Shown here one piece after another: positions 32,520 to 43,197 of a DNA stretch of 64,000 nt (position 1 is its first letter; each line of letters starts with the position of its first letter). The notes under the pieces were generated by a model, which did not search any database, was not told the DNA's origin, and saw nothing but the letters and a program-made list of their open reading frames with translations. Both the position numbers and the translations under genes were made by a program. This DNA comes from Nitrospinaceae bacterium (lineage in GTDB: Bacteria; Nitrospinota; Nitrospinia; Nitrospinales; Nitrospinaceae). The stretch covers positions 672,001-736,000 of the forward strand of contig OZ245011.1 of the NCBI GenBank assembly GCA_965223665.1, given 5' to 3'.

Positions 32520-34805
32520 TTATCTGGAGTAGGGCAGGGTATCAGAAGCTCGTCTTCTTAAATGTGGAGTAGCTGCAACAACTTTTTCTGGTAACCGAAC
32601 TGAGAAAGTTGAGCCTTCCCCCAACTTACTTGCAACTGTAATATTGCCTCCCATCATCCTGCAGAATCTTTGGCTAATCGCTAATCCTAAACCTGTTCCA
32701 CCAAATTGTCGCGTGGGAGAGGAGTCCACTTGTGTGAATTCGCTAAATAAAGTATTCATCTTATCTTGAGGAATTCCAATTCCATTATCAATGACCTTAA
32801 ATATAATCCAATCCAAATTTGATTTTTTTTCACAAAATACTTCTAAAGAAATATTTCCATTCTGAGTAAACTTGCAAGCATTTCCCAACAAATTAACTAA
32901 CATTTGCCGAACTTTCTGAGAATCCGCTGTCATACTTCCTAAGGTTCCATTCCAGTTTACATTTAGTATATTTCCATTTTTCTTAGCCAGAGGACGGATG
33001 GTAACTAATATTTCTTCAACCAATTGTTTTAAATTAAATGTATCGATCCGAATTTCCATTTTTCCCGCTTCAATTTTAGAAAGGTCTAATATTTCATTAA
33101 TTAGTCCTAATAAAAATTTACCGGAGGATCTAATTTTTTTTAAATCTTCTCCAAGTTCTGGAAGATTGCTTTCCTCAGTCTCCTCTAATAACATTTCACT
33201 ATAGCCAATAATTGCGTTCATTGGGGTCCTGAGTTCGTGGCTCATATTTGCTAAAAATTTACTTTTTGCAGTATTTGCTTCCAAAGCCATATCTCTTGCT
33301 TGCGCAATTTCTTCATATGCTTTCCTCATTCTATTAACCAAAAACATGTTATTGATAGCAATTGCCGCTTGGGAAGCCAAAGTTTCTACCAAACGTACTT
33401 GATCCAGTAAAAAAGGTGTTACCGTTTTTTTATTTTTCGAATCTCTGGCATTCATCAATTGGAGAACCCCAATAATCTTGTTTTCGTGATTTTTCATTGG
33501 AACCACTAAAATCGACTTAGTCCGATAATTCATCTTTTTATCAAAGGTTTTGGGCCCCTCAAAATCATAAGGTTCAGCTTTATATGCATCGGCAATATTT
33601 ACAATTTTCCCATGGATTGCACAATAACCTGAGACGTTGGATTCATCCAATTTAACTGCTGGAAAAGTGATAGGTGGGGAACTAGGACCACCCATATTTA
33701 TTTTTAGGATATCATTTTGGACAATTTGTGGTTGAAGTTCATCCTTTTCGAGGATATATAAAGTGCCCCCTTCAGCATTGGTTAGACTTCTTGCCTCATC
33801 TGTAATTATTTTCAATAATTTGTCGAGTTGAGTTTCACCTGAAAGGGAACGTCCGACATGTGTGAGTTTTCTTATTTGGTTTAGGAGGGTATCAATGTTT
33901 AGGAAATTATTAGAGGAATGAAAACTTTTTTTCTGGGTTATTTTTAGACTTCTGGGAATTTTCGCAGAACTTGTTTGATGAAACAATGTTGGATCAACAA
34001 TCCATCCTTCAGTTTTTACTTGGCTATCGTTGCCAAAAGAAATTCCATAATTATATCTTTTTTTTGAATATCCCCATGCGGCTTGCAAGGAACACAATAA
34101 AGAGTCTAATAAGTCGCCCGAATTATCGTTTATGAGGCTTTCAATAAAATGATTTTCTATTTTCAAATCAAATTCGAATTCATTCAAAAATTCCTCAGAC
34201 AAAACTCCATCAATAATTTTCTTTCTTTCTTTTTTAAAATTTTTGGTAGCTTCTTTATTTTTTTCATTTTTATATGAATTTGCAAAACGTCTTGCAATTA
34301 AAGCGGGATATGTTTCTATTGCGATTCTATTAGATTTTTTGGGGCAACAAGGAAAAATAGAAATTCCAGACTCTAATAAACGTTTAGATCCTTCATAAAA
34401 CATCTTAGCTAACGGAGGATTGACTAATTTAATAGGACTAAGTGCTCTGGAGAAACTATCTGTCATTCTTAATGGTTCTTTATAACCTTTAGGTTGAGTT
34501 GCTTTAAATTTTTTAATAACCTCTTCAAATTTAGGTTTGGACAATCTAGATATTTTAGAAACATACTGTTCCCATTGTACCGGGAATTTTTGTAGCGTCA
34601 GAAAATTCAGGGGAAGGCCAAATGGTAAATCAAAACCGGAAACCCAGGGTCCTTTTTGATTTAGGAATTCTTCAAAACTTTGAAAATCCACAATGGTATG
34701 TATTCTGACTATGTGGAGAATTTTATTTTTTAAAATTCCTTCGGTTATTGCAATGGGTTTTTTCAGATTGGGAGTACTGGTAAAATCAATTCCATAAATT
34801 TTCAT
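32520..34805 (-). CDS. DUF429 (RNase H-fold, predicted nuclease) - GAF - HisKA - HATPase fusion sensor histidine kinase
   Basis: N-terminal [32 protein letters not shown]; central [37 protein letters not shown]. Confidence 0.85.
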   Translation of the reverse strand: MKIYGIDFTSTPNLKKPIAITEGILKNKILHIVRIHTIVDFQSFEEFLNQKGPWVSGFDLPFGLPLNFLTLQKFPVQWEQYVSKISRLSKPKFEEVIKKFKATQPKGYKEPLRMTDSFSRALSPIKLVNPPLAKMFYEGSKRLLESGISIFPCCPKKSNRIAIETYPALIARRFANSYKNEKNKEATKNFKKERKKIIDGVLSEEFLNEFEFDLKIENHFIESLINDNSGDLLDSLLCSLQAAWGYSKKRYNYGISFGNDSQVKTEGWIVDPTLFHQTSSAKIPRSLKITQKKSFHSSNNFLNIDTLLNQIRKLTHVGRSLSGETQLDKLLKIITDEARSLTNAEGGTLYILEKDELQPQIVQNDILKINMGGPSSPPITFPAVKLDESNVSGYCAIHGKIVNIADAYKAEPYDFEGPKTFDKKMNYRTKSILVVPMKNHENKIIGVLQLMNARDSKNKKTVTPFLLDQVRLVETLASQAAIAINNMFLVNRMRKAYEEIAQARDMALEANTAKSKFLANMSHELRTPMNAIIGYSEMLLEETEESNLPELGEDLKKIRSSGKFLLGLINEILDLSKIEAGKMEIRIDTFNLKQLVEEILVTIRPLAKKNGNILNVNWNGTLGSMTADSQKVRQMLVNLLGNACKFTQNGNISLEVFCEKKSNLDWIIFKVIDNGIGIPQDKMNTLFSEFTQVDSSPTRQFGGTGLGLAISQRFCRMMGGNITVASKLGEGSTFSVRLPEKVVAATPHLRRRASDTLPYSR

Positions 34806-34843
34806 GAAAATAATTAGGAAAGAAAAATAATAGTTCTGGCTTA

Positions 34844-35479
34844 TTATATGAGTGAGCGACGTTTAACTTGATTCAACAAAGGCTCAGGATTATGATCAGC
34901 GTCTGAAATAATTAATAAATGGGGTATAAATTTAATTAAAATTTTCCCATCTGTAAAAGGGTCCCTTCCTCCCAGTATAACGATAAAATCTCTTACTTCG
35001 GAATAGGAAACAGAATATTTTTCTAAAAATTCTAATCCTTTTAGAAGTAAATCCTTTGATAAAGACTCTTTTTTGTAGTCCGGTGGAATTTTTATAGAAC
35101 CTAACTTAAAAAAATCCTCTAATAGATACTTAATATCATTGCCTCGTTTTAGGCTTTGTTTAAATAACTTTAATTGTCGTGAGGGAATTTTTCCTCCCTT
35201 GGAATGTTCTCTGGAGAACCCTAAGATAGGAGAGATCAATATTTTTACGCAATCTTTGGGTAAGAATTCTTTGTGATATGCCAACCATAAGCTACCGAGG
35301 GAATATCCTATAAAAATATCAGAAGAGTAGTTTTTGTTAATAATTTTCTCTGCTTCATTTGAGTCCGACGGGTTGTTGGGATAAACAGCGTTTACGTTGC
35401 ATTCAGGAAAAACTTGTTTAATACAATTTTCGAACCAATCTTCAGTGATCGCCCAACCACAAATAGCTGTTATTTTCAT
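34844..35479 (-). CDS. Divergent alpha/beta hydrolase, probable pimeloyl-ACP methyl ester esterase (BioH-like role)
   Basis: CGWA oxyanion-like motif, GYSLG nucleophile elbow, GGRDP and DADH; overlaps the bioF stop. Confidence 0.65.
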   Translation of the reverse strand: MKITAICGWAITEDWFENCIKQVFPECNVNAVYPNNPSDSNEAEKIINKNYSSDIFIGYSLGSLWLAYHKEFLPKDCVKILISPILGFSREHSKGGKIPSRQLKLFKQSLKRGNDIKYLLEDFFKLGSIKIPPDYKKESLSKDLLLKGLEFLEKYSVSYSEVRDFIVILGGRDPFTDGKILIKFIPHLLIISDADHNPEPLLNQVKRRSLI

Positions 35480-36618
35480 TATTTATCCGACTTTTTTAAT
35501 ATATGAAGAACTTTTAATAGATTCTCTTCAGTAATTCCAGAATGCAGAGACAGCCTTAGGCGAGAAGTATTATTAGGCACGGTTGGAGGTCGAATGGCAC
35601 CTAAGTTTATTCCAGCGGAATACATTTTTCTGCATATTTCAACCGTTTTATTAGAGTCCTTTATTATTATAGGAATAATTTGAGAATCAAAAGAATTGGT
35701 ACTCCAGCCATTTGTAAGTAATTCATTTCGAAACCAGACTCCTAGTTTTCTGAGCTGGTTTCTCTGTTTAGAAGATTTTTTAACCAGTTTAATAGATTGA
35801 TTGGCTGCAGATGCACAGGATGGAGGCATAAATGTAGAGTAAATGAATTCTCCTGAGTAATTAATCAAATAATCAATAATAATAGAAGAATTTGAAAGAA
35901 TGTAAGCTCCCATACTTGCCAAGGCTTTACCAAGAGTTCCAATTAATATGTCGACATCTGAAATAATTCCCTTTTCTTCTGCCAAGCCTCCTCCTGTAGG
36001 GCCAAAAACACCTGTTCCGTGTGCTTCATCTAAAATAAAAATAAATGAATAATCTTTTTTTAATTGAGCGATTTTTTTTAAATCTGGATAGTCACCATCC
36101 ATGCTAAAAATACTTTCTGTTATGACAAATACATTTTCAAAAGAAGATGAATATTTATTTAGCAATTGTTCTAAATGTTCAATATTCAAATGGTGATATC
36201 GCTTAAATTTTGCGCGGCTCTGGTTTAGACCTGAAATTATGGAATGATGAACCAATTTGTCAGCTAAAATTAAATCTTTAGGACCGGGTAAATTTTTCAA
36301 AATTGTTTGGTTCGCTACAAACCCAGAATTTAAAAGTAGTCCATTAGTTTTTTGTTTCCAATTAAGAATCGTTTTTAACAATTTATCATGGCAGGGAAGG
36401 TAACCTGTCAACAAAGGAGAGGCGGAACTACTAGTCCCGTAATTATTTAAAGCATCCTGGGAAGCTTTAATCACCTCGGGATGATTTCGTAATTGAAGAT
36501 AGTCGTTACTGGAAAGATTTAATCTATTGTCAGAATGGATTTTTAAATTACGAAAAATAGAATCTTTTTTTCTTTGTTCCAGTTCTTTTTTTAAACGATT
36601 GTGGAATAAGTTTTTCAA
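35479..36618 (-). CDS. bioF: 8-amino-7-oxononanoate synthase
   Basis: SSNDYL, ESIFSMDGD, DEAHG, GTLGKA, AIRPPTVP. Confidence 0.95.
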   Translation of the reverse strand: MKNLFHNRLKKELEQRKKDSIFRNLKIHSDNRLNLSSNDYLQLRNHPEVIKASQDALNNYGTSSSASPLLTGYLPCHDKLLKTILNWKQKTNGLLLNSGFVANQTILKNLPGPKDLILADKLVHHSIISGLNQSRAKFKRYHHLNIEHLEQLLNKYSSSFENVFVITESIFSMDGDYPDLKKIAQLKKDYSFIFILDEAHGTGVFGPTGGGLAEEKGIISDVDILIGTLGKALASMGAYILSNSSIIIDYLINYSGEFIYSTFMPPSCASAANQSIKLVKKSSKQRNQLRKLGVWFRNELLTNGWSTNSFDSQIIPIIIKDSNKTVEICRKMYSAGINLGAIRPPTVPNNTSRLRLSLHSGITEENLLKVLHILKKSDK

Positions 36619-36702
36619 GTAAGTAGTTTTAATTAAATAAGGATTATTATGTTATAAAAGTAAAATTCTCTCAAATTCAAGTTCTTAAAGGAAGGTTTAT
36701 TT

Positions 36703-37095
36703 ATGGCCGAGATCACTGATACGGGAAAAGTTTGGATGCGTGGATCCGCCACAACATCTTTTGCCATTAAGGTAGATAATAAAGTTTTTGTCCCAGGAGG
36801 AGAACCACATCAAAATATCGACTTTTGGGTTACCGATGAATATTTATGTGTAGATATTCACGATAAAGAATTTAACAAAAGATGGGGTCGTAAATTTTCT
36901 TTGAATTTAGAATCAAAGCATCCAGCCACACTCTTTAATGGTTTTAATAAAACGAAGCATGCCGATATCAAAGTAATTCATTTTGAAGACCCAGGTGTGG
37001 AAGAATGTACTATTTATGGAGAAAACTATATCAATAAAAAAGTGGGTGGGTTAAATAGAGATGATTTTTGGAAACTTGTCGGCATGGAGGATTAA
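36703..37095 (+). CDS. Hypothetical protein
   Basis: 130-aa ORF with AAGGAAGG SD; no recognisable motif. Confidence 0.7.
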   Translation: MAEITDTGKVWMRGSATTSFAIKVDNKVFVPGGEPHQNIDFWVTDEYLCVDIHDKEFNKRWGRKFSLNLESKHPATLFNGFNKTKHADIKVIHFEDPGVEECTIYGENYINKKVGGLNRDDFWKLVGMED

Positions 37096-37535
37096 TAAGA
37101 AGGAGAGGGTGGATTAGGGTCTCTAACCAATCGTGTAGATAATTTTTCACGAACATTTTTATCTAGATAGTCAGTGGAACCATCTTGGATATTTAATACT
37201 AAAACTTGACCATTTTCATTTTCTTCAGCAGTCCATATTTGGCGGCCTGCTTTTTTTGCAAATATGGAATGCAAGTGGATTTGTTCGCCTTCACTATCCA
37301 CATTTTCAAAGACTTCATTATATAAACTTAATGCTTCTTCTTTAGTGGGAATTCGCCAATCTGAATGACCTCCTGCATAAACACTTCGCATCATAGCTAA
37401 ATAAGCTTGAGCTTCTTTCCAGTTTACCCATTTCCCTAAATCACCATAGGCATCTTTAGGAAGCCATTCTTTATTAGGATTTTTCCCAGTTATTACCGCA
37501 TTTGGATTTTCAATAAACAATTCTTTTGGATCCAT
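37092..37535 (-). CDS. DUF1566 (Lcl C-terminal-like) domain protein
   Basis: NWKEAQAY...GGHSDWRIPTKEE...W...RLVR. Confidence 0.8.
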   Translation of the reverse strand: MDPKELFIENPNAVITGKNPNKEWLPKDAYGDLGKWVNWKEAQAYLAMMRSVYAGGHSDWRIPTKEEALSLYNEVFENVDSEGEQIHLHSIFAKKAGRQIWTAEENENGQVLVLNIQDGSTDYLDKNVREKLSTRLVRDPNPPSPSY

Positions 37536-37569
37536 TATTCTTCAATAAAAAATTTTGGGGTAAAGAATA

Positions 37570-38436
37570 TCATTGCAGAGAAAATTCATCAATTAATTTA
37601 GAATACCTTTTTGACAATTGAGAGGTAACAGGCCCAGGGCTTATTAACAAAGTATTGTTGTCTACCTGTCTGACGGGAAGAATTCCAATAACTGAATTGG
37701 TTAAAAAAATTTCCTCAGCATTTTTCAAATCGGAAATCCCAACTTTATGGAATATGGCATCAATCCTTTCACCTTTAGCCAATTCCATTACCACCTTTCG
37801 TGTAATCCCAGGTAAAACCTGATCACTGATAGGTGGTGTCAAAACAATTCCTTTTTTTACAATAAAAACATTTGAAGAAGTTCCCTCACAAACATTTCCG
37901 TTACCGTCAAGTAAGAGACCCTCCTGAGAATTATCCTCTTCGGCTCTCTTTTTTATTAATATCGCTGAAAGATAATCAATAGTTTTAATTTGAGGAGATA
38001 TTCCAATTACCCCATTAGCGGAGGAAGGATAAAGTGATACTTTAACACCTTGTTGATACCATTCTGAAGGTGGACCCTCATAGGGTTGTACCCAAATCAC
38101 TAAAGTTGAAGGCCTATCAGGATCAATGCTTAATCCACGTGAAGAAATACCTCGTGTAAGAGTTAATCTTAAAATTGATTCATCCAACCCATTTAATTCT
38201 AATAAATTAGTGATTATATCTTTAAGTAATTTCTTAGAGTACGAAATATTTATAAATAACCTAGAAGCTGAAGTGAAAAGCCTATCGAGATGATCTTCCA
38301 GTCTAAAAACCTGGTTTTGAAAAGCTCTCATTGTTTCGAAAAGACCATCCCCCAATGTAAATCCTCGATCCATTATTGAAACTTTGGCTTGACTTATTGG
38401 GAGCATTTCCCCATTAACAAAAGCAAACAGCTTCAT
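37570..38436 (-). CDS. pabC: Class IV aminotransferase, probable 4-amino-4-deoxychorismate lyase
   Basis: DRGFTLGDGLFET, IKTIDY, EGTSSN, LPGITR, FLTNS; follows the pabB-like gene. Confidence 0.7.
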   Translation of the reverse strand: MKLFAFVNGEMLPISQAKVSIMDRGFTLGDGLFETMRAFQNQVFRLEDHLDRLFTSASRLFINISYSKKLLKDIITNLLELNGLDESILRLTLTRGISSRGLSIDPDRPSTLVIWVQPYEGPPSEWYQQGVKVSLYPSSANGVIGISPQIKTIDYLSAILIKKRAEEDNSQEGLLLDGNGNVCEGTSSNVFIVKKGIVLTPPISDQVLPGITRKVVMELAKGERIDAIFHKVGISDLKNAEEIFLTNSVIGILPVRQVDNNTLLISPGPVTSQLSKRYSKLIDEFSLQ

Positions 38437-39926
38437 GAAAACTTTCCTTTTAATTCAAGAACCTCAAGTAATGCCTCAGCTTTATCCAGTGTTTCCCGGT
38501 ATTCCTTCTGGGGAATAGAATCAGCCACAATTCCGGCACCAACGTGGAACGAGATTTCACCTCTATTGCAAATAAGAGAACGAATAATAATGTTTAAATC
38601 CATAAAAGGAGCAAACCCAATATATCCTAATGCACCCGAATAAGCTCCTCTTGAAGCAGGTTCTAATTCTCCAATTATTTCCCTACATCTAATTTTGGGA
38701 CAACCCGTAATTGTACCCCCAGGAAAAACAGCCTTTAAAATTTCAAATATGGAAATCCCCTTTTTCAACTTTCCTTCAACATTGGACACAATATGAGAAA
38801 CATGAGAGTACCTTTCTATCAGCATCAAATCTGAAACTTTTACACTACCAAATTCGCAAATTCTCCCAAGATCATTTCTTTCTAAATCTATTAACATTAA
38901 ATGTTCAGCTCTTTCTTTTTCATTCAAAAGCAATTCCTTTGAAAGGGCATTATCTTGCTCAGGGTTTTTACCTCTGGGGCGAGTTCCAGCAATTGGCCGT
39001 GTTTCTATATAATCTTCTTCCAACCTTACTAAACGCTCTGGGGAGGAGCTAACTATTGCTAATCCATTAAACTTCAAAAATCCGGAAAAAGGAGAAGGAT
39101 TTATTTTTCTTAATTTTTTATAAAGGTTAAATGCATTTCCTTCCCATTTTGCTTTAAATTTTTGAGATACATTGGCCTGATATATATCACCCTCAGAAAT
39201 GTAATCCTTAACTTTATCAACCATCTTCATATATTGATCTTTTGTTAAGTTTGACTTTAAGGGACCAATGAATCCATTATCTTGTGAACTACTTGAACTA
39301 GATTTAATCGCTGAATTCAATAATAATTTCTCAGCTTTTTTCCACTCTAGTTGAATTTCCTTTGCGAGGTCATCATATTCAGAGTTTGCTTGGGAAGTGG
39401 TTTCAACTGCAATTATAAATTTTAGGATATTGGCTTTATGGTCATAAATCCACAAACGATCAACCTCCATAAAATATAAATCGGGATAGGAGGAGTTTTT
39501 ATTTTTTACAAAGGGGGAGGGGTCCAAATACTGTCCGGCTTCATACCCTAGATAACCTACCCAACCACCCCAAAAATGTGCAATATAATTAATATTGTTA
39601 GAAAAGGAATTAAAGTCCATTAATTTAAGTAAATCCTTAAGATTTCCTAAATTCGAGTATTGCGTTCCGTTATCGCAATAATGTCCTTTTCCATTTTGAA
39701 GTTTAATAACTCGATGGTTTGATGCTCCCATGAATGTGTATCTTGAAATTTCCCAAGGACCTTTTCCACTTTCTAAAAGAAAACTTTTTTCATGGTTACT
39801 ATAAAAATGCTCAAAGAAATTTTCAGGTTGGAAACCTTGAATTTTCTTTTCCCCAATCAGGGGAACTCTTGAGTTTTCTCGAGTCAGAGTCAAGAAAACA
39901 TTTTTGTCTGGATATATTTTCATCAC
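38433..39926 (-). CDS. pabB: Aminodeoxychorismate synthase component I (PabB/TrpE family)
   Basis: LLESG, GDIYQAN, SSSPERL, PIAGTRPRG, EHLMLIDLERNDLGR, FPGGTITGCPK; adjacent to a pabC-like gene. Confidence 0.75.
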   Translation of the reverse strand: MMKIYPDKNVFLTLTRENSRVPLIGEKKIQGFQPENFFEHFYSNHEKSFLLESGKGPWEISRYTFMGASNHRVIKLQNGKGHYCDNGTQYSNLGNLKDLLKLMDFNSFSNNINYIAHFWGGWVGYLGYEAGQYLDPSPFVKNKNSSYPDLYFMEVDRLWIYDHKANILKFIIAVETTSQANSEYDDLAKEIQLEWKKAEKLLLNSAIKSSSSSSQDNGFIGPLKSNLTKDQYMKMVDKVKDYISEGDIYQANVSQKFKAKWEGNAFNLYKKLRKINPSPFSGFLKFNGLAIVSSSPERLVRLEEDYIETRPIAGTRPRGKNPEQDNALSKELLLNEKERAEHLMLIDLERNDLGRICEFGSVKVSDLMLIERYSHVSHIVSNVEGKLKKGISIFEILKAVFPGGTITGCPKIRCREIIGELEPASRGAYSGALGYIGFAPFMDLNIIIRSLICNRGEISFHVGAGIVADSIPQKEYRETLDKAEALLEVLELKGKFS

Positions 39927-39981
39927 TTTTTTAAAGGTAATTGATGAGGGATTATATCAGGAGAGGTGAAACTACAAAACA

Positions 39982-41193
39982 CTATTCATAGCGTAAAGCA
40001 TCTATTGGATTTAGGTTAGCCGCCTTATTTGCCGGATAAAATCCAAAGAAAATGCCGACTCCTACCGAAAAACCGAACGCTAATAAAATTGACTGCATTG
40101 AAACAATGGTATCCAAACCTCCCAGGGAGGAAACACCTTTCGAAATTAATATACCGAGAAGGACACCAATACCTCCTCCCAAAAAGCTTATTAATACTGA
40201 CTCAATAAGAAACTGTTGTCGAATTTCTTTCTTTTTTGCTCCTATGGCAATTCTAATTCCAATTTCTCTTGTACGTTCTGTAACCGATACCAGCATTATA
40301 TTCATAATGCCTATACCCCCGACCATTAGTGAAATGGCCGCAATTCCACCCAGGAGATATTGAAATGTTTTTGCTGCATCGCCCCAACTATTTAACCATT
40401 CAGCAGAATTCTGAACATAAAAATCGTTTTTTTTACCTTCGAAAATGTTATGACGGCGACGAATTAAATTCTCGATATCCGTTTTTACCGTTTCAATGTC
40501 ATTAACTGTTTCTACTTGAACATCAATGGACTGGACATAATCCATCCCAAACAATCTTTTTTGAGCTGTAGTTATAGGAATGAATATTTGATCATCCGGA
40601 TCGAACCAGCTTAAAGCACCCTTAGCAACTGTAGATCCAATTACCAGATAATTATCCCCCTCTACCTTAATGGTTTTTCCAACGGGATTGGCGCCGTGAA
40701 ATAAATTTTTTACAACTGTAGCCCCTAATACACAAATGCGGCGTGCAGTACGAATTTCCTGCTCATTAAAAAACCGACCATATTCCATTTGGAAATTTGC
40801 TAAACGTGCATAATCTTTGCCCGTTCCACGTACAGTACTGTTACTATTTTTATTTCCGTATTTTAATTGGCCACTTCTATAAACTTGCGCAGATACTCCT
40901 GAGATTTTTTTTATTCGCTCCTCAATGGCATAGGCATCTTTAAGCAATAAAGTTTCTACTTTACCTGAGCTTACGTGTCTGTTTTTCTTTTCTCCGGGTT
41001 TAACGGTAATAATATTTGTTCCAAATTTTGCTATTGTGCTAAGAGTTTGTCGACGGGCACCTTCTCCCAGTGAGATCATAGAAATCACGGAAGCGACTCC
41101 AATAATAATCCCCAAAGTTGTTAAGAAGGTTCTCATTTTATTTGCAACAAGACTGCGCAAAGCCATTCTCAAAAGATCAAAAATTAGCATCAA
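39982..41193 (-). CDS. MacB/FtsX-family ABC transporter permease
   Basis: RTFLTTLGIIIGVASVI, GGIGIMNIMLVSVTERTREIG, NPIDALRYE. Confidence 0.95.
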   Translation of the reverse strand: MMLIFDLLRMALRSLVANKMRTFLTTLGIIIGVASVISMISLGEGARRQTLSTIAKFGTNIITVKPGEKKNRHVSSGKVETLLLKDAYAIEERIKKISGVSAQVYRSGQLKYGNKNSNSTVRGTGKDYARLANFQMEYGRFFNEQEIRTARRICVLGATVVKNLFHGANPVGKTIKVEGDNYLVIGSTVAKGALSWFDPDDQIFIPITTAQKRLFGMDYVQSIDVQVETVNDIETVKTDIENLIRRRHNIFEGKKNDFYVQNSAEWLNSWGDAAKTFQYLLGGIAAISLMVGGIGIMNIMLVSVTERTREIGIRIAIGAKKKEIRQQFLIESVLISFLGGGIGVLLGILISKGVSSLGGLDTIVSMQSILLAFGFSVGVGIFFGFYPANKAANLNPIDALRYE

Positions 41194-41864
41194 GACACCT
41201 TTGCTGAATCAGTAATAATATTTCCATCCCGCATATGAATTACTCTATTAGCAAAATTTGCAACATGTTGTTCATGGGTCACAATAATTATAGTAACCCC
41301 TTCTTCATTCAGTTTTTGGAATATACCCATAATTTCGTCACCCGTTTTTGAATCGAGATTTCCAGTAGGCTCATCCGCTAAAATTATTGCTGGGTTATTT
41401 ACAATGGCTCTAGCGATAGCAATCCGTTGGCGCTCTCCTCCGGAAAGCTCATTAGGTTTGTGTTTTGCCCGCTCCTTTAGACCCACCTTACTAAGTGCTT
41501 CCAAAGCGATTTGTTCGGTTTTTGCTACTCTCCCATAGAGCAGGGGTAATTCAATGTTTTCTATTGCCGTTGCACGAGGTAAAAGATTAAAACTTTGGAA
41601 AACAAATCCAATTTTCTGATTACGCACATTTGCCAACTCATCTCCAGACAATGATTGGACATCTACATCTTCCAATCGATAAGTTCCTGAAGTAGGCAAA
41701 TCAAGGCATCCCAAAACATTCATTAAAGTTGATTTACCACTTCCAGATTGACCCATTATTGCAACGAACTCCCCCTTATGAATTTGGAAGCTTGCATTTT
41801 TCAGGGCAGGGACTTCAACAGATCCAATTTCGTATGTTTTGGTTAAATTTTGAACTTCAATCAA
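41190..41864 (-). CDS. MacB/LolD-family ABC transporter ATP-binding protein
   Basis: GQSGSGKST, LSGGERQR, ILADEPTGNLD. Confidence 0.95.
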   Translation of the reverse strand: MIEVQNLTKTYEIGSVEVPALKNASFQIHKGEFVAIMGQSGSGKSTLMNVLGCLDLPTSGTYRLEDVDVQSLSGDELANVRNQKIGFVFQSFNLLPRATAIENIELPLLYGRVAKTEQIALEALSKVGLKERAKHKPNELSGGERQRIAIARAIVNNPAIILADEPTGNLDSKTGDEIMGIFQKLNEEGVTIIIVTHEQHVANFANRVIHMRDGNIITDSAKVS

Positions 41865-41868
41865 GGTT

Positions 41869-43197
41869 TTATTTTGAACGTAAAAGAAAAAGCATTTTTC
41901 GAATTGTGGACATTTTGTCTTTATCTTTTTTGTATTCTTCTAATATTTTTTCCCAGTCTCCAATAAGAACAACCTGCTGCGGCTCCAGGCCAGAAATAAT
42001 TTGGATATCTATAGGATTTTTAACCCCAGTTTCTACAGGGATCTCTTTAGGTAGATCATTTTCTAAGATCGCTACAAAATGTTCATCTCCCTTTTTTCGA
42101 ACTGCTTCCCGCGGAAGATAAAGAACATTTTTTAACTCCTGATTAATAATATCGACATTTGCTGACATCATTGGTTTTAAGATGCTTTTCCCTTCACCCA
42201 GGATTTCAATTTTGACTTTAAATACTGTAATACTATTTTCTACTTCGCCCTTTGGGGCAATACGAGCAACTTTACCCAGGAAAGAATTGTTAAGAAAAGC
42301 ATCTGCAGAAATTCGGACTGTTTGATTGACCGCCACATTCCCAATATCCGTTTCATCAACATCAGCAACAATAAATAGTCGAGACATATCCGCAATAGTG
42401 CATAAAGCAGTCCCACCAGAAACATTGGAAATTCCTGATGAAATTATTTGTCCGCGTTCTACTAGTTTACTAATTAAAACTCCAGGTATAGGGGAGTAAA
42501 TTTCTGTTTCCTCCAATCTTTCTTTTGCTTCATCCAAAGTGATTTTTGCTCGCTCAACATCAGATTTTGCCAGTTCAACTTCATGTTCCTTAACGGAAAT
42601 ATCATGAATTGAATCTTTTGCTGCAATCAAATCTTCTTTTGCTTGAATTAAGTTTTCCTGATTTACTTTAAAGGAGGTTTTGGCACTATCTAAAGTTTCT
42701 TGAGAGGCAAATTTTTTCGCAAAAAGATCTTCCTGACGACGCAATTTATCTGCAGCTTCCCTCAGGTTGGCCTCAGCTTCTTTAACTTTAGATTCAGAGG
42801 ACTTTAAATTTGTTTGATACCGTGTCCTCTGAAGAGTGAGAGTGGTTTGAGCTTTTTTTAATTTTGCTAACGCGCTGGAAAGATCTGCTTGAGATTTTGC
42901 AACATTTCGAATTTCATCTGATTTGTCTAACTGTAATAGTAATGTTCCTTTTTCAATAAAATCCCCTTCCTCAAAGGGGAATTTAAGAACTTCACCACTG
43001 GCTTTAGACTTTACTTCTACCTGGAAGTTCGGCTCCACAACCCCAGTGGCAGAAATTTTTACAACCAAATTACCTTGTGAAACTTTGGTAGTTTTGAAGG
43101 GAATTTTTTCAACGGTTTCTTCTTTACTAGAATTCAGAAATAAAAGACCAAAAATGAGGGCTGTTAAAGAGAGGACAATTACTAGAACTTTTTTCAT
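41869..43197 (-). CDS. MacA-like periplasmic adaptor (membrane fusion protein)
   Basis: N-terminal anchor, ISATG.V.P...EVKS..SG, long coiled-coil hairpin, DVDETDI. Confidence 0.9.
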   Translation of the reverse strand: MKKVLVIVLSLTALIFGLLFLNSSKEETVEKIPFKTTKVSQGNLVVKISATGVVEPNFQVEVKSKASGEVLKFPFEEGDFIEKGTLLLQLDKSDEIRNVAKSQADLSSALAKLKKAQTTLTLQRTRYQTNLKSSESKVKEAEANLREAADKLRRQEDLFAKKFASQETLDSAKTSFKVNQENLIQAKEDLIAAKDSIHDISVKEHEVELAKSDVERAKITLDEAKERLEETEIYSPIPGVLISKLVERGQIISSGISNVSGGTALCTIADMSRLFIVADVDETDIGNVAVNQTVRISADAFLNNSFLGKVARIAPKGEVENSITVFKVKIEILGEGKSILKPMMSANVDIINQELKNVLYLPREAVRKKGDEHFVAILENDLPKEIPVETGVKNPIDIQIISGLEPQQVVLIGDWEKILEEYKKDKDKMSTIRKMLFLLRSK

